From the human T2T-CHM13v2.0 reference genome, Homo sapiens: 64,000 bases of DNA. The notes beneath the pieces were generated by a model. That model was not told the DNA's origin. It searched no databases and saw only the letters and a list, made by a program, of their open reading frames with translations. The stretch is from assembly GCF_009914755.1 (NCBI RefSeq), contig NC_060937.1; one strand, written 5' to 3'. Shown one piece after another: positions 1 through 13,009 of this stretch; positions within the stretch are counted from its first letter, which is position 1, and every line of letters starts with the position of its first letter. Both the position numbers and the translations under genes were made by a program.

Positions 1-481
1 CTGAAAGCTTCAATGCTTTATTCCTGATTAACATTTTAGTGATTAAGTAAATCTTGAGGGTGGGAAAAAATGTCTGTCTTGATGGACAATCATTTGTGAT
101 TAAATGAATGAATGGATATTAAGATCTTTGTATGAGTATTTTTATAATACACACCCCTGAAAATCCCACATTCAGCATTCATGATTCTCAGCATTTAGGA
201 ACAAATCTTAAAATATGTGAAACTTTGTATTTTTGCTAGATAAAATTGTTAACAATATCTGAGCAGTTAGCTGTTAAATTAGCCAACCAATCTCATGATT
301 TCCATGTGATATCTGACCTTTTATCATTATCTATTTTATTTTTATACCCATTAAATATCATGTTACCTTTTAAAGAAAATAAAGTCCTAAAGAAAGTCAT
401 TTGTGAATTACTTCATTAATATTTAAGTGAAGATGTCTAATAAAATATGTCTACTGATTCACGAATCATGAGTTTTAGCCG

Positions 482-777
482 GTTTTTTGTTTTGTTTTTA
501 TTTTTGAGACAGGGTCTTGCTCTGTCACCCAGACTGGAGTGCAGTGGTGTGATCATGGCTCACTGCAGCCTCAGCCTTCCAGGTTCAAGTGATTCTGCCA
601 CCTCAGTATCACAAGTAGGTTGGTCTAGAGGTGCATGCCATTATACCCAGCTAATTTTTAAGTTTTTTTGTAGAGATGAGATCTCACTCTGTTGCCCAAA
701 CTGTTCTCAAATTCCTGGCCTCAAGCAGTCTTCCCACCTTGGCTTCCCAAAGTGCTGGGAGTCACCTTGCTTAGCCA
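482..777 (-). mobile_element. Alu (old, AluJ-like)
   Basis: T-rich tail then GAGACAGGGTCTTGCTCTGTCACCCAG...GCAGTGG...CCCAAAGTGCTGGG, the reverse complement of the Alu dimer, with heavy CpG decay. ORF 447..821 is an antisense-Alu peptide. Confidence 0.95.
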
Positions 778-1082
778 GAGAGTTAATCAGTTTTAATCAG
801 AAAAATGTCTGGGAATATTAAAAAGACTAGGCTTAATATTTGCTAATATAATCTACATGTCTCACATGACCTATATATTCTCTACGTCACCCTGCTTGGT
901 TACTCTAAAAATTTGCCATTATGTGGAAAACAGGTTAACTAGAAACTAAAAAGATAACATGAGTAAACTTGATTAGACTTTGAGAAAAAATAAAATTAAA
1001 ACTGCTGTAAAAGATAATTTAAGTGAAAATTGGTCTAGATATCTGACAGCATTTTTTAATATATTGTATTAAGAAATTTCTC

Positions 1083-1385
1083 AGCCAGTCATAGTGGCTC
1101 ACACTTGTAATCCCAACACTTTGGGAACCCCATGCAGGAAGGCTGCTTGAGACCAAGAGTTTGAAACCAGCCTGGACATTACAGAGAGACCCCAACTCTG
1201 CAAAAAAAAAAAAAAAAATCCTGGGCATGGTGGAATATTCCTGTGTTCCCAGTTTCTCCCAGGGCTGCGTTTGGAGGATTGTTTGAGCCCAGGTGATCAA
1301 GGCTGCACTGAGCCATAATTATATCACTGCACTCTGGACTGGACAATAGAGTGAGACCCTGTCTCTAAATAAATAAATTAATTAA
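1083..1385 (+). mobile_element. Alu (AluJ-like)
   Basis: GTGGCTCACACTTGTAATCCCAACACTTTGGG, expanded A-rich linker, GAGTGAGACCCTGTCTC and (TAAA)n tail. AAATTTCTC flanks both sides (TSD). Confidence 0.95.
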
Positions 1386-1394
1386 ATTTCTCTT

Positions 1395-1643
1395 TACTTT
1401 CTTATGTGCACATGCACATGAAGGTTGGTCTTCAGTTGCCCTGTTGAAATTAGAGTGTGGTGAAACAATGCAAGATATACTGTGGAGGTTTTTTATTTGT
1501 TTTTGTTTTCCTGTGAGTTATAAACAGTTCATTCTCTGATGCAGAGGTATGGTGTTTCCCTCAACATATGTTGTACTAAACTGGCAGGCTAACTTGTTAG
1601 CTTGTAAGTAGGGTAAATCTCAGATCTTTCACAATTTAACTCA
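1395..1643 (+). mobile_element. Partial 5' LTR, LTR40-like (ERVL class)
   Basis: GGCAGGCTAACTTGTTAGCTTGTAAGTAGGGTAAATCTCAG resembles the LTR40-type U5 end. GTTGAAATTAGAGTGTGGTGAAACAATGCAA matches GTTGGAAACTGGGGTGTGGGGAACTAATGGCAA in the downstream LTR (~6224). Confidence 0.65.
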
Positions 1644-2949
1644 AAATTTTTGAAAGCAAGGATGATACAACATTGAAGACCTTTGTAGAGGAAGTCGAGA
1701 ACCACACAAGTCAATAAGAATCAGTAGCAGACAGATTGACCAACTGTAGTTTCAATTAGGCAAAACTGGTCTTTCTCTTTGCTGTACATTAATAAGGAAA
1801 GGTTATTGAAGGCCTACATCTAGGACGTAGGGTTGAAATAAGTGAACGGGAAGCCCTAATGGTCAGGGGGAGAAAAGGTCAAGGAATTTCCAAAGCTTGT
1901 ATAAGGCTTTTGTCAAGAAGAAAACATTAGAAATGATTTTGTTTGTTGCTGTCTTTACCAGGTAGGAACAGAAAGGGATAATTAGCTTCCAGAGCTCTTG
2001 TAAGGCTGAAGGTCATCCAAGAACATGGGTAGTTGAACCATAAAAAGTCATTGCACTGCTCTAACCTAGCTTACTTATTAGCATGAAGACTCTTTAATAG
2101 ATTTGCCCATTCCTTTCTTCCCCCTCTATTCAAACCTCAGTTGCCTGAAGGATTCTTGGTGATTTCTTCGTCTCACTACAGCAAAGGGAAACTGGAATTT
2201 TTTTCTACCCATCTGAATATACCATGGAACTCAGGGAAAGGAGGGACTCAAACTTTTGTAACTATATTGCAAACATGTGCCCACATCACCAACAGGTCAA
2301 ATTCTGTTGGGGAGGAGTGCTGAGTATATGAGTGAATGAAGATGTGGAAGAATGTCACTCTTGGCAGGTAAAAGGACAGAAAGGAAGAGCCTCTGACTCT
2401 GAGAGGCCCCCACCAACCATACAACCCCAGATGCCCGCAGTGCTTGGGGAATAAAATAAAGAACAAAATACAGAAAAAAAGCTCATCATCTTCCTCCCAC
2501 ATGCCCACCCTGTAGCCTTACCACTCTGAGTCTGTTTTTGCCTCAAAGCCCCAGATGAGAGAGAACATTGGGATTTCATGGCAGTTGTAATTATAGCCCT
2601 TGAAATGCCAAATTCAGCTACTAGGGCTTGAGCAAAACTTGCAGTGAATGAAAACAAAATGGTTAAAGTTATTTTATGATCAGAGTCCTTTAGGCTGATT
2701 TATGGAATTGAGTCCTTATTTGCTTCTACATTTAAATCTATGATAGAAACAGATGATAAGTTATATTAATTCCTCTTCTCATACGTTTCTCAGGGAATTA
2801 TCCCAGTGAAAAAACAGCTACAGGTAGAGAACTCTGTTCCTGGGACAGATTTCCCTGCCATTTCCCACTGGTGAGATAATTTATATTTATAGCAGTTGAC
2901 TCAAGCCACTGACATTCTAGCAAATCAAGAAAATACTATGTACCTCTGT

Positions 2950-4300
2950 TCCCTTATCAAAAAGGAGGCTTAGGACCTTATTGAGTCAAGCATTGCTTTT
3001 CAACAAGGGCACTGTAGACAAAAAGGAGCTGCTTTTAAAGTAGCATATCTAGTAGCCATGACAAAAGCCTAAGTTCCAAAAGCCCAAGAAATTTTTATCC
3101 CCTTTGGTCAGAGATACAAATCAGCAAAAAATATCATCAGTTAAAAGAAAGTTGCTTCACTTATAGAGGCCTGACAACTTGGGGGTTGGTTTAGTTAGGA
3201 CTTTATAACTAGTAAAACAGGAAGGGACCAAAAAGCCTCATTTGTCAAATGGACACTGATAATTGAGGAATGTGGCCAACCTAATCCCCAGGGAAATAAT
3301 GACTTTGCAAGAAAAATGGTAGCTATTTCTGTGAGTAAAACATGACTTCCAATTCACTGGCTAGAGCAAAACTACTCACTCAATAAGATATTCAATTCAC
3401 AGAAGGGTGCCTTTCATACCTGTGTTTTGTTTAAGGATGTTAAGCTAAACCAAAGCCCAATGGTGTCTGCTGTAGCTGTTTCAGCCTCATCACCAGTTAT
3501 GCTGGGATATAAGAGGGCAGTGGTTATTATTCCCAGTGGGAAGAACACAGACAGTAGAATTACTGCAAATTATAGACACCCCTTCCTTAGACGATGAACC
3601 ATGAAACATCATGATTGCTGATCGAACCATCTGGGTTACTCTTAAATGCCCATGGGAAGGGCCCATTCTCTGATGAGACTGACTGGAATCGAAAACTTTC
3701 AGCCTGTGCTGCCTAGATTGTCATGATAATTCCATGGCAACCTCTCTACTATCGTAGACTGGATACAGAAGCAAGGATTCTAGGTTTCTGATGCAGAGGC
3801 TACCACTTCATGGCAGACTTGTGTCTCCTGCCAACAATTTGCCTGGTTATCCCAAGGTTGCGGAGGCCACATTCTAGATACTGTGACTACCCCCCAACAC
3901 ACATGCTCATTTTGAGCATACAGCTTACATGAGGTTTTTCCCTTCTCGGGGCTATTGGTAGTGCCTTGCTGTTGTTAACACCTTTTTAGGTTATGAAATC
4001 TCTGTCATGCTCCAGACATGAGACTATAGCTGCTCTGGAAACAAATATGCATTATGAGTTTAGCTTTCTAGACTCTTGGAATTGTGTCAATAATGTTCAT
4101 TTTATAATGAAAGCCACTCAAGACCTTAGACTGAAAGTCAAGGTATTCAATAGATATTCAATGTTCATTACTATCTACAAGCATAAGATATTATTGAGCA
4201 TTGGAATTCTGCTTCAAAATTTTACCCTAACTTATTTCTGTCTCTACTTACCATGCATTTTCCCAGTAAACACAGACTACATTAAGGTAGCTTAGTCATT
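2950..4300 (+). pseudogene. ERV pol remnant (RT connection/RNase H/integrase core), frameshifted
   Basis: Manual translation gives SKTGRDQKASFVKW at ~3211 (ERVL-type). GY-*-CLAVVNTFLGY at ~3950 resembles VDTFSGY. ORF 3993 has TIAALETN..EFSF...NNVHFIMKATQ, followed out of frame by ESQGIQ*IFNVHYYLQA and IEHWN, consistent with an integrase DDE core. Confidence 0.75.
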
Positions 4301-5099
4301 AAGTGAAACCACCCCTGCCCACAAAAGGGATGATCTTTTCTAAGTTGTTTACTGAATAATGATCAGGATCATAAAAGTCCAATTTATAATGACCTATGTG
4401 AAAATTCAGAATTTGGTCCTAACAATTCCCAAGCATCATTTGCCATTCTGTATCTTAGAAGCAAATATAAACCCAGCTAATTGGTAGCCTGACTAAAAAG
4501 GGCTTAGGGGATTTAAACTTAGTTCCAGTTAAATCGTCTAAAAATATTTTTGATCCTCTTTTATTCAGCCACTCCAGACGAAAGGTCTGGGTAAAAGTTA
4601 GGGATGATTTTAAGAGGGGCAGGTATAGTTACTAAAATGATAACCAACAGAATTTGTGCAGATGGAAGGACAGAAAAATCCTCTGCATCTTGGGAAAGAT
4701 TATCATAGATTTTTGGAGTATAGGGAAGGGGAAAATTAATTTTTAAAAATCTTTTAAAACCCCCTCCGGTGCTTTCTTCTCAAAGGAAAACAGTGTGGTG
4801 CTACTCTTGCAAACCGTTGTGGAAACCTGTGGATTAAACTCTCCACTGAGTTTCTCAGCCATAACCAGATGCCACTGACAACAAAACAGCCTGTCCCACA
4901 CCAAAAATATCTCTACATTTGTCCTATCTTTATGCTTATTTATTCTATGGGGATCAATAAATTGGTGTACTGGACAAGTAGGACACATTGAACTGACTGC
5001 TTTTAGATGATACCTGCTAGAAAACCCCTCTGGAAGTATGAGAATGGCACTGTCAAGCTGTGCATACTGACTGATGTATATTCCATTTGGGTGGAAGGG

Positions 5100-5790
5100 G
5101 GAGACAACTATAAACAATAATTATTTCCAGAGGCACCACACATATCTTTGGGATTGCCTTTCTTGTGTGAGAGCCAGGTATTGACTTGCCTCCCTCACAG
5201 GAGACATGGTGATTTGTATGTTAAGGCATGTTAGTGACATTTGACTATATAAAGAAAATGCACAAATAGATCATGTAGCCTTCAGATAACTGCAGAGGTC
5301 TCTCAAAAATGAAGCTACCCTCAGATATTCAGGGAAATCCCAGAAGGATACAAGACTCATGACTTGTGCTATGTGGGCAGTTTTAACTACAATGGGAATC
5401 ATTCGATTACAAATGATATTATAAAATGTGTCTGTGACTTAGGTAAAATAATCAATGACACCCTCCTAGCCATGGAAGGCATTCAAACCATCTTCAACTC
5501 ATTAGACAGAAATTTTATGAATGATACCAGTATTCTCACCTTCAAACAAAAAGATTAAGGGGGAAGTAGCTATCATGCTAGGACTTTGGTAATGCCTCAA
5601 AGAAGTTGGAAAAGTCATTACAGAAATTTATATAGAAAACTACCTGGCTTTCTGAAGTTGACCTGAAGGTTTACGGTATTTGTTCCTCTGGCTATATCAA
5701 GGCTGCTTGACATGGTTGAGTTCAATAGTATAAGTTTGACACTAGTCTTAAGTAAGTGCTACATAAGACAAGCTGATGAACAGATTTGAT
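5100..5790 (+). pseudogene. ERV env remnant (SU end/TM ectodomain)
   Basis: ORF 5364..5558 LGKIINDTLLAMEGIQTIFNSLDRNFMNDTSILTF..D*GG resembles the TM heptad plus immunosuppressive-domain region. A hydrophobic AMWAVLTTMGIIRLQ stretch lies upstream in another frame. Confidence 0.65.
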
Positions 5791-5885
5791 ATCAGCCAGG
5801 GTGAATTATATTAGAGTAACAGAGGGAGTGGGGAATAATACAAAAATTTGCCAAGAGCCAGGGCATTGTAAAACCAGGAAGTGGA

Positions 5886-6345
5886 TATTCAGAGAGAAAA
5901 TTCTCCTTGGGTTTCTCATATTCCATGCATTCTGGGCAAAGGACATGACAAACTATAATAAAAATAGAAAACATCTACCCACACACTCCTTGGAATTGCT
6001 TTTCAGGGTTGTAAGAAACTAAGGACCTCCCCCTACACTCACCAAAGAGAATTTGTTTATTTTGTAGAAGTAAAAATAAGGTTTTCATATATTTCCAGAG
6101 AAAACGGTAACAGATGTGCTAGCAGCCCCTGTGTTAGCTCTGAATCTCATGATGTTGGAGTTCCTCCTTTATGTAAAACCCAATACATGTGCTGAAAAAC
6201 CACTCACCCTCACTGTTACACTGTTGGAAACTGGGGTGTGGGGAACTAATGGCAAATACTATCCTACCTTCTGTGCTCCGTGTAATAAAATGTTTGTTTT
6301 TTATAGAAACACCAGACTACTATATAAGATAAAAGACTATTACAA
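5886..6345 (+). mobile_element. 3' LTR, LTR40-like (3' end degraded)
   Basis: Follows the PPT, starts with an AAATTCTCCTTGGGTTTCTC LTR40-like motif, has AATAAA at ~6283 and resembles 1395-1643. Confidence 0.65.
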
Positions 6346-6360
6346 CCAAAAAGTAGCTGA

Positions 6361-6435
6361 AGTGTGTACGTAGGCATATATGTAAGCATGTGCATACATG
6401 TGTTTATGTGTGTATGTATGTGTATACGCACACAT
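6361..6435. repeat. Degenerate TG/TA purine-pyrimidine microsatellite
   Basis: GTGTGTACGT...ATGTGTGTATGTATGTGTATACGCACACA. Confidence 0.7.
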
Positions 6436-7404
6436 AGTTTTAGTTAACAGAATAAAACTGCTTTCATTTTTAAAAATTTACATATAAACATATGTATATA
6501 TATTTATAAAAGCTGATAGAATTTAGCCAATGTTAGTGTGTACCTTTAGCTTTGGATTCCTTGAAATTATATTTTCAAACCAACTATAACATAAAACATA
6601 GAGTATCTTCTCAGCTAGGTATTATTTTATTATATTTATTGCAGCTATCTTTAAACTTTTTACAAGATACATTATCATATAATTTGACCATTATTTATTT
6701 GTAGGCACACATTTAAATTCAAATAATATAGCTACATTGATTATCTATTGTAGATTGGAAAAACATACAGTAAACATTGGAAACACAATTAAATAATTCA
6801 CAAAGAAAATCAAATTGGTAATTATTCCAGATTGAGTCTGATTTCTTGATTACATTTTATTTACTAAGAATAATGCTTCTATACTTAAATTTGTATTTTT
6901 AAAAATTCTACTTGATATGCCTTTACCTGTACAGAACAGGTAAGCTTTTTGAAAGAATTAAGTGCGTCATTATTTATTTTTATAATCAACTCTAATTATA
7001 ATTAAGGCCTTAATATGTAATTTGTTATATGATTACCTTTTGTATCTTTCTAAATAATATGACCCCTATTTACTGTTCAAGTTCAACCTAATTATTACAG
7101 GAATTACTTTTTGGTTTCTAAGACATTTTACATAAAAAAAGTTTTGATAAATGTTATTGAGCTTCAAGAATCGATTTTGGTTACTGTACAAAAACTTTTT
7201 TGGATGGTGTAATTATTTAAGATTTCTTAGCAAAATATTCTATGACATAAATTAATGCAATGACAAATATATTAAATTCAAATGTCTTAAGAATTCTCAT
7301 TACAATTAACTACAAACTCAATTATTATCATGCCAAAACAAATCAGTTGCCACATTCAACATTTTAAAAATACTTTAATTCAAAAACCTATTGCAGAAAA
7401 CACT

Positions 7405-7790
7405 GTATCAGTTTCTTAAAAGATATACCTGTAACTGCCATGTGACACAGAAATTGCACTCTTGCATGTCTATCCCAAAGAAATAAAAACTCATGTTCAT
7501 ACAAAAACCTGTACACAAGTGTCCATAGCAGCTTTATTCATAAAAGCCAAAAATGAAATCAGCCCTAATGTCTTTCAACAGGTGAATGGCTAAACAGACC
7601 GCTGAAGTTCTATAACATGAAATACTTCTCAGCAATCATAAAGGCACTGGCTATTAATTTATACTCATCATGAACGACTCATCAGAGAATTATTCTGAGT
7701 AAAAAAAAAAAAATTAATTCCAGAACGTTACATAGTGTATAATTCCATTTACATGAATTTTTAAAATTATAGTATAAATAAGAACCTAGG
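7405..7790 (+). mobile_element. Old L1M (L1MB/MC/MD-type) 3' fragment
   Basis: CCCAAAGAAATAAAAACTCATGTTCATACAAAAACCTGTACAC...GCAGCTTTATTCATA...AATTCCATTTAC, matching the L1 ORF2 end/3'UTR. Confidence 0.85.
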
Positions 7791-7960
7791 AAGTTAAATT
7801 GAGAGTTTTAGAAAAGCATAATGTATTTTTAGAATTTTTAAAACCAGTTAATGCTTATGTAAACCTGAAGTAGTATAGGTGTAGTAGTGGTATTGTAAGT
7901 AGTTCTGAGGTTTGTAGCAGTAAAAGCTTCCTCAATATTAACAGTTCCAGTGATCTATCC

Positions 7961-8112
7961 ATTACCATGCCTCACTAACTTTTTTAAATTTTCTGTAGAG
8001 ATGGGGTCTTGCTTTGTTGTCTATAGGTCTTGAACTCCTGGCCTCAAGCAATCCTCCTGCCTCTGTCTCCTAAAGCACTGGGATTACAGGTGTAAGCCTT
8101 TGCACTCAGACC
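7961..8112 (-). mobile_element. Truncated AluJ (left monomer plus start of right)
   Basis: GTAGAGATGGGGTCTTGC...GAACTCCTGGCCTCAAGCAATCCTCCTGCC...GGGATTACAGG. Confidence 0.9.
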
Positions 8113-8869
8113 ATTTTCAAGAGATTCATGTCTTACAATGCCTATATTAATTAATATTCACTCTTAATTTCTGAAATTAATTTATATTTTATAAAATATA
8201 AAATTTTATCATTTTAAAAGATTGATATCAGAAATAGCCTTAATTATTATTTTTAAATTGCATTGTCATTCTTCTTTTCTGCTTTTGTCCTTCCAATGAT
8301 TTGGACTTTGTGAAAGAGAGCTTCCCTGAATGTTTTCAAAAGACAGATGGGAAACATGTTGGCTTTTCTTGCTTACACAACTTCCTGTTGAGTGTGAAAT
8401 TAGTAGGAACATTCTAAATGACTCTGCCTGATTATCAGTGGAACTTTGTCACAGACAACCTTTAATAATGATTGGATATTATTAGTTTTAGGAAGTCCCA
8501 GAATAACTATATCTCTTCTAATTAAATTTTAGTTGTGTCAACTATCTTATCCCAAAAGTGTAATTCTAATTTTAATTATTTTTTTCCGACTGGATAATAT
8601 GTTTGAAGAATAAACAGACATGTTTTATGACTCCTAAATCTTGATACAAATATAGTGAACTAAAAAGTTATAGCTTCTCAAAAAAATAGATTCAAACCAC
8701 AAACTTGTTGCTGAATGTTGACCGTGAGATTAGATTTGGGGATGGTCCAGGCTGATTCAGCAGTCTTTGCAGGTAGGTTTTACTGGGGGCGGGGTGGGGG
8801 GGCAGAGTAGGAATTAAAGATGAAAACAAATTATTTTTCCCTTCTCTCATCAAGAAATGAAAAAGATTT

Positions 8870-9302
8870 TTCCTTCCCTTAAACCTCGGCTAGAATTTTG
8901 ACATGCTTTGACTAACTGAATATAGCAAAAGTGATGCTGTTTAACTTCTGAATCATTAAGAAAGATGCAGCTTCCACTTTTGCATGCTTGGAACCCACCT
9001 TTAAAGCTAAGAAAAGCATAAAAGACATGGATAGGCCACAAGAAAAACAACAAAGATCTCTGATCAACAGCCCCAGCTCAATTCCAAGCCTAGGGTTAGC
9101 ATCAGCTGACAGTGATATGCAAAGTTATCTTGAACATTCCAGTACAGTTGAGCCTCCAGATGACTGCAGCCTCATTAAATAACACTTGGAGCAGAAGAAT
9201 TGCTCATCTGGGCTATATTAACCATAGATTCATCCATAATAGTTCTTGTCTTAGCCTACATAATTTTAGGGTAAACTGTTATACAGCAGTAGATAACTAC
9301 AA
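8870..9302 (+). mobile_element. MLT1 (MaLR) LTR
   Basis: TGCTTTGACTAA..GAATATAGCAAAAGTGATGCTG; GAGCCTCCAGATGACTGCAGCC; ends TGTTATACAGCAGTAGATAAC. Confidence 0.8.
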
Positions 9303-9930
9303 CTGGATAAATTGATTTTCTGAATTTCAACAACTCCTTTTATATTACTGGACACACTTGGGCAACTTGGATAATAGAGTGTCATAATAAGCAAAAGGTA
9401 GAAAAAATACGAGAATATGAAATAAACAGTGTACCCTCTCATAAGAAGCCAACATATCAGTCCTTCTGATGAGAAGATGAGTGCAAAGGAAAAACGGTAA
9501 GAATCACAGGAGGAGGCAAGGTAAAGGGCACTTTTTGAAACATTAGATCAGTTTAGCTCTCTATGCTCCTTGTACTCAAACATCCTGCATAAAGGCAATA
9601 GAATGGCACTAATCAAGAGAGATTTCAACAAAACAGGAAAATGATGCTGTTATTGTGTATGAGACCAACATTTTCCTGCATGCCCACAAGGGGTTTTCAG
9701 AGAGCTAAGAGACAAATAAGCCTGGGGTCAGAAAATGGGGGATCCAGAAAGTGGAATCTCACCAAGAACTCAGGCTAAGAGAGCAGGAGATACCGGTACA
9801 TATACAGACGCTGAATGGAACCTTTCATGATCACCGGCAGATTCAATTAAGACATAGGTAAAAGGTCAGGGAAACAAGGATGACAAGGCAGCACAACCAA
9901 AGACCAGAAAATACCAGGAGAAATGAACAT

Positions 9931-9982
9931 TTTCCTCAAAATGAACCTCAAAATTCATTTCCTCAAAATGAACCTCAAAATT
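9931..9982. repeat. Tandem duplication (25-bp perfect core, 27-bp period)
   Basis: TTTCCTCAAAATGAACCTCAAAATT at 9931-9955 and 9958-9982. Confidence 0.9.
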
Positions 9983-11267
9983 GCTATCATGAAGACATAT
10001 AGCATCCTTCATACACAGATTATATCAAGGCACATTTTCTGTTTATTAGTTTCTGTAACACTCTTAACTTACCTTAAAGAGATTCTGTTGATTTGACAGA
10101 GATGGGGATGTATTATCTTGTCCACAATTGTTGTACATTTGATAATGCATGAGAAATCAAATCTAGAGTCATGTAACTGGTGCAGCACTGGATCTGCATA
10201 AACACACGTGGATTCTTGAGGGCTTATATGCTCCCATCTCGACCTAACAGTAGAATAAGCAGAAGACTCTGGTATTAGCCTTTCTCATCTTGGGTTTTCT
10301 CACTCCCTATAGACTGCACTGGTCATTAAAATAGAAAATACTTAGGAAAAAAAGCAAAAACTTAGTCCACTCAGTTGTTTATATCCCTTTATCATACCTT
10401 TCTTTCTGAAGTGTTGTCACCTTGTGTGTTGTAAGTTAGAGCAAAAACAATTTAATCCAAGTATGGGTCATCATTGTCTCCAATCATTAAAGGGAGACAA
10501 AATCTTTATGGTTTAGCCAAGCTTGTACTTTTACAGGTTAAGATTAAATACTTCTTATAACTTAGTATACTGGGAATGATTTAAGAAGTTAAAAAAATGG
10601 TAAATGCTATGTTTTTTGTTTGTACATCTGTGATCTTACAGTTTTATTATAACATGAAAATTCAACACATTCTTTCTCTATATACCTTTTAAGTTTTACA
10701 AACTGCATGATACATGCATTAAAATGTAGATGGCCTTAGATTATACAGCATAGAAGGCCAAAGGTCATAAGGCTAATGTTCACAAAGCCAAAATTCAATT
10801 TCAGGTTACTATATTCTTGGGTTACGATTATGAGCTTATTTTTTCATCTGTAAATAGAGGACAAAAATGTCTGTTTTGTCTCTTAAAGAGTAATGACAAC
10901 ATTTGAATACGATAATTGATAGCAACAGTTTTTGGAGAATTTCTTAATGGGAGATATACAGAAGGAAATTGAGGCAGCAGAAGGTCAGAAGCCAGGAGAC
11001 AGGAAGCGGGATGATAGTGAGAGAGAAATTGTAGTCAGAATCCTCAGCAATGAGACATTCCTAGGTATAATGGAGAATAGGGAAGGCATCAGTAGTTGAA
11101 TCTCGGAAAAGACAAGCAGAGGCCTGATAAACTCCATCTCAATTATGACATATCATCGACGGGGCATTGTAAAGAGAAATCCAATTACCCAGGATATCTG
11201 AGTTTGCAGTGGAGAAAGATTTCTTCACTGCATTATTTCCCTAAGTAGCCTCAACATATATGCCCTT

Positions 11268-11342
11268 TCACATTATGTGAATGTAGAAAAATATCACATG
11301 TACACCAAAAAATATGTGTATCTATTATATATCAATTAAAAT
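11268..11342 (+). mobile_element. Tiny L1MA-type 3' end
   Basis: AAATATCACATGTACACCAAAAAATATGTGTATCTATTATATATCAATTAAAA. Confidence 0.65.
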
Positions 11343-11441
11343 ATCCATCAAGAAGAGAACAGAAGTGTGTCTTTTGCTTGCAACTTTAAAGAATCAAATT
11401 ACAAAAATATAATATCTTGAAGGCAGGAAATGTACAAATTA

Positions 11442-11765
<324 letters not shown>

Positions 11766-12965
11766 TCAAATCTCATTCAAACTTCTATTAAAATATTAAC
11801 ATTTTAGTTCTGTGCTTTGAATTAGCTGGTTTAATGTTTAGAAAAATTCTTGAAGCCGTAAAGGTGGTTGTTAACAGGACTGCTGATTTGAATACAATCT
11901 TTCAGTCACCACCTTATACCATTGCAAAAGCAACAAGGGAAATTTCAAAATAAAATTTTCAGAATCTATTAGCAGTAAAACTAGAACACAGATAAATCAA
12001 ATACTCCAAAATTTGGTAAAGATTATTGAAAGAGCTAAGATCAGGTAGAAATTCAGGGAGAAGAAGTAAAGAAAATATGATAAAGTGCTTAAAAAGCCCA
12101 AAGGTAATGAATTTTAGAAAAAAATAACAGAAAAAAATATGAAGGTAAAATCGTGTCATGAAATGATCTTTTAATCCCTTTTTTGAAACAAGCTAAAAAA
12201 TGATGTGAATCTGAACTCTGTCAGAATTTCCCTGGGACCTCCTTTGGTCAGATAACAGATGGTACAGCTTTATACTAATAATGACTACAACAAGATAGCT
12301 CAAAGAAAGTAGTCTGTCTGACTCTGTAATTTAGAAAAAGTTTGCCTTTGGATTATTAATACCAAAAGGCTATTCTGCCTCTTCCTCTTCATGATTATCC
12401 TAAACTGCCTTCAAATATCTACTTTGAAAAGAATCTATTTTATGTATTATTAAAAAATAAGATAAAATAAATTAGTACACATAGATACAATAACACCATA
12501 AGGAGAAACAAATTTTAAGTCATAATCATAAATCATAAGCACACAGTAGAAAAATGCTCAAATATTTCCACAAAATATTAGTTTTGTTGAAATAGGTTGC
12601 CATTAATTTTTAAAATAAAGTTAATGATGTAACTTTCTATCTGAAAAATTACAAAGCAGAATAACAGGGATGTAGAGAAGAATTAGTGAGACAAGGGGGA
12701 TTAGAAGTGAACACAAAGAATTAAGTGGGATTAGAAAAAAATTATTAATCATAAGAAGGGCAAGACAAAATGCAGATAGAGAAAGATACTGTGAGAAATG
12801 AAAATATAAAAGAGAAGAACAATTTAACTAAATGGACTAAGTGGAATTGTGAAATAAAATTAAAGAGAAGCTTTACTTCAGGCAGTGGAGTGGTTTGTAA
12901 AAGAAAAATGTTCTTAGATGAGGAAGACGAGGGAAGAGCAAGGAGGGGATGAAGGACAAGGACCA

Positions 12966-13009
12966 CCACCACACACACATGCGCACACACACACACACAA
13001 ACACACACA
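12966..13009. repeat. (CA)n microsatellite, interrupted
   Basis: CACACACACATGCGCACACACACACACACAAACACACAC. Confidence 0.9.

Larger units (their letters stand above)
1644..5885 (+). mobile_element. Degraded class III ERV internal region (HERVL40-like)
   Basis: Lies between two related LTRs, contains pol and env remnants, and ends in the PPT-like CCAGGAAGTGGA. Confidence 0.75.

Noticed and set aside
447-821. 124-aa ORF and similar ORFs at 11439, 38649 and 44820
   Set aside because: These are translations of Alu sequence ([23 protein letters not shown]), not genes.
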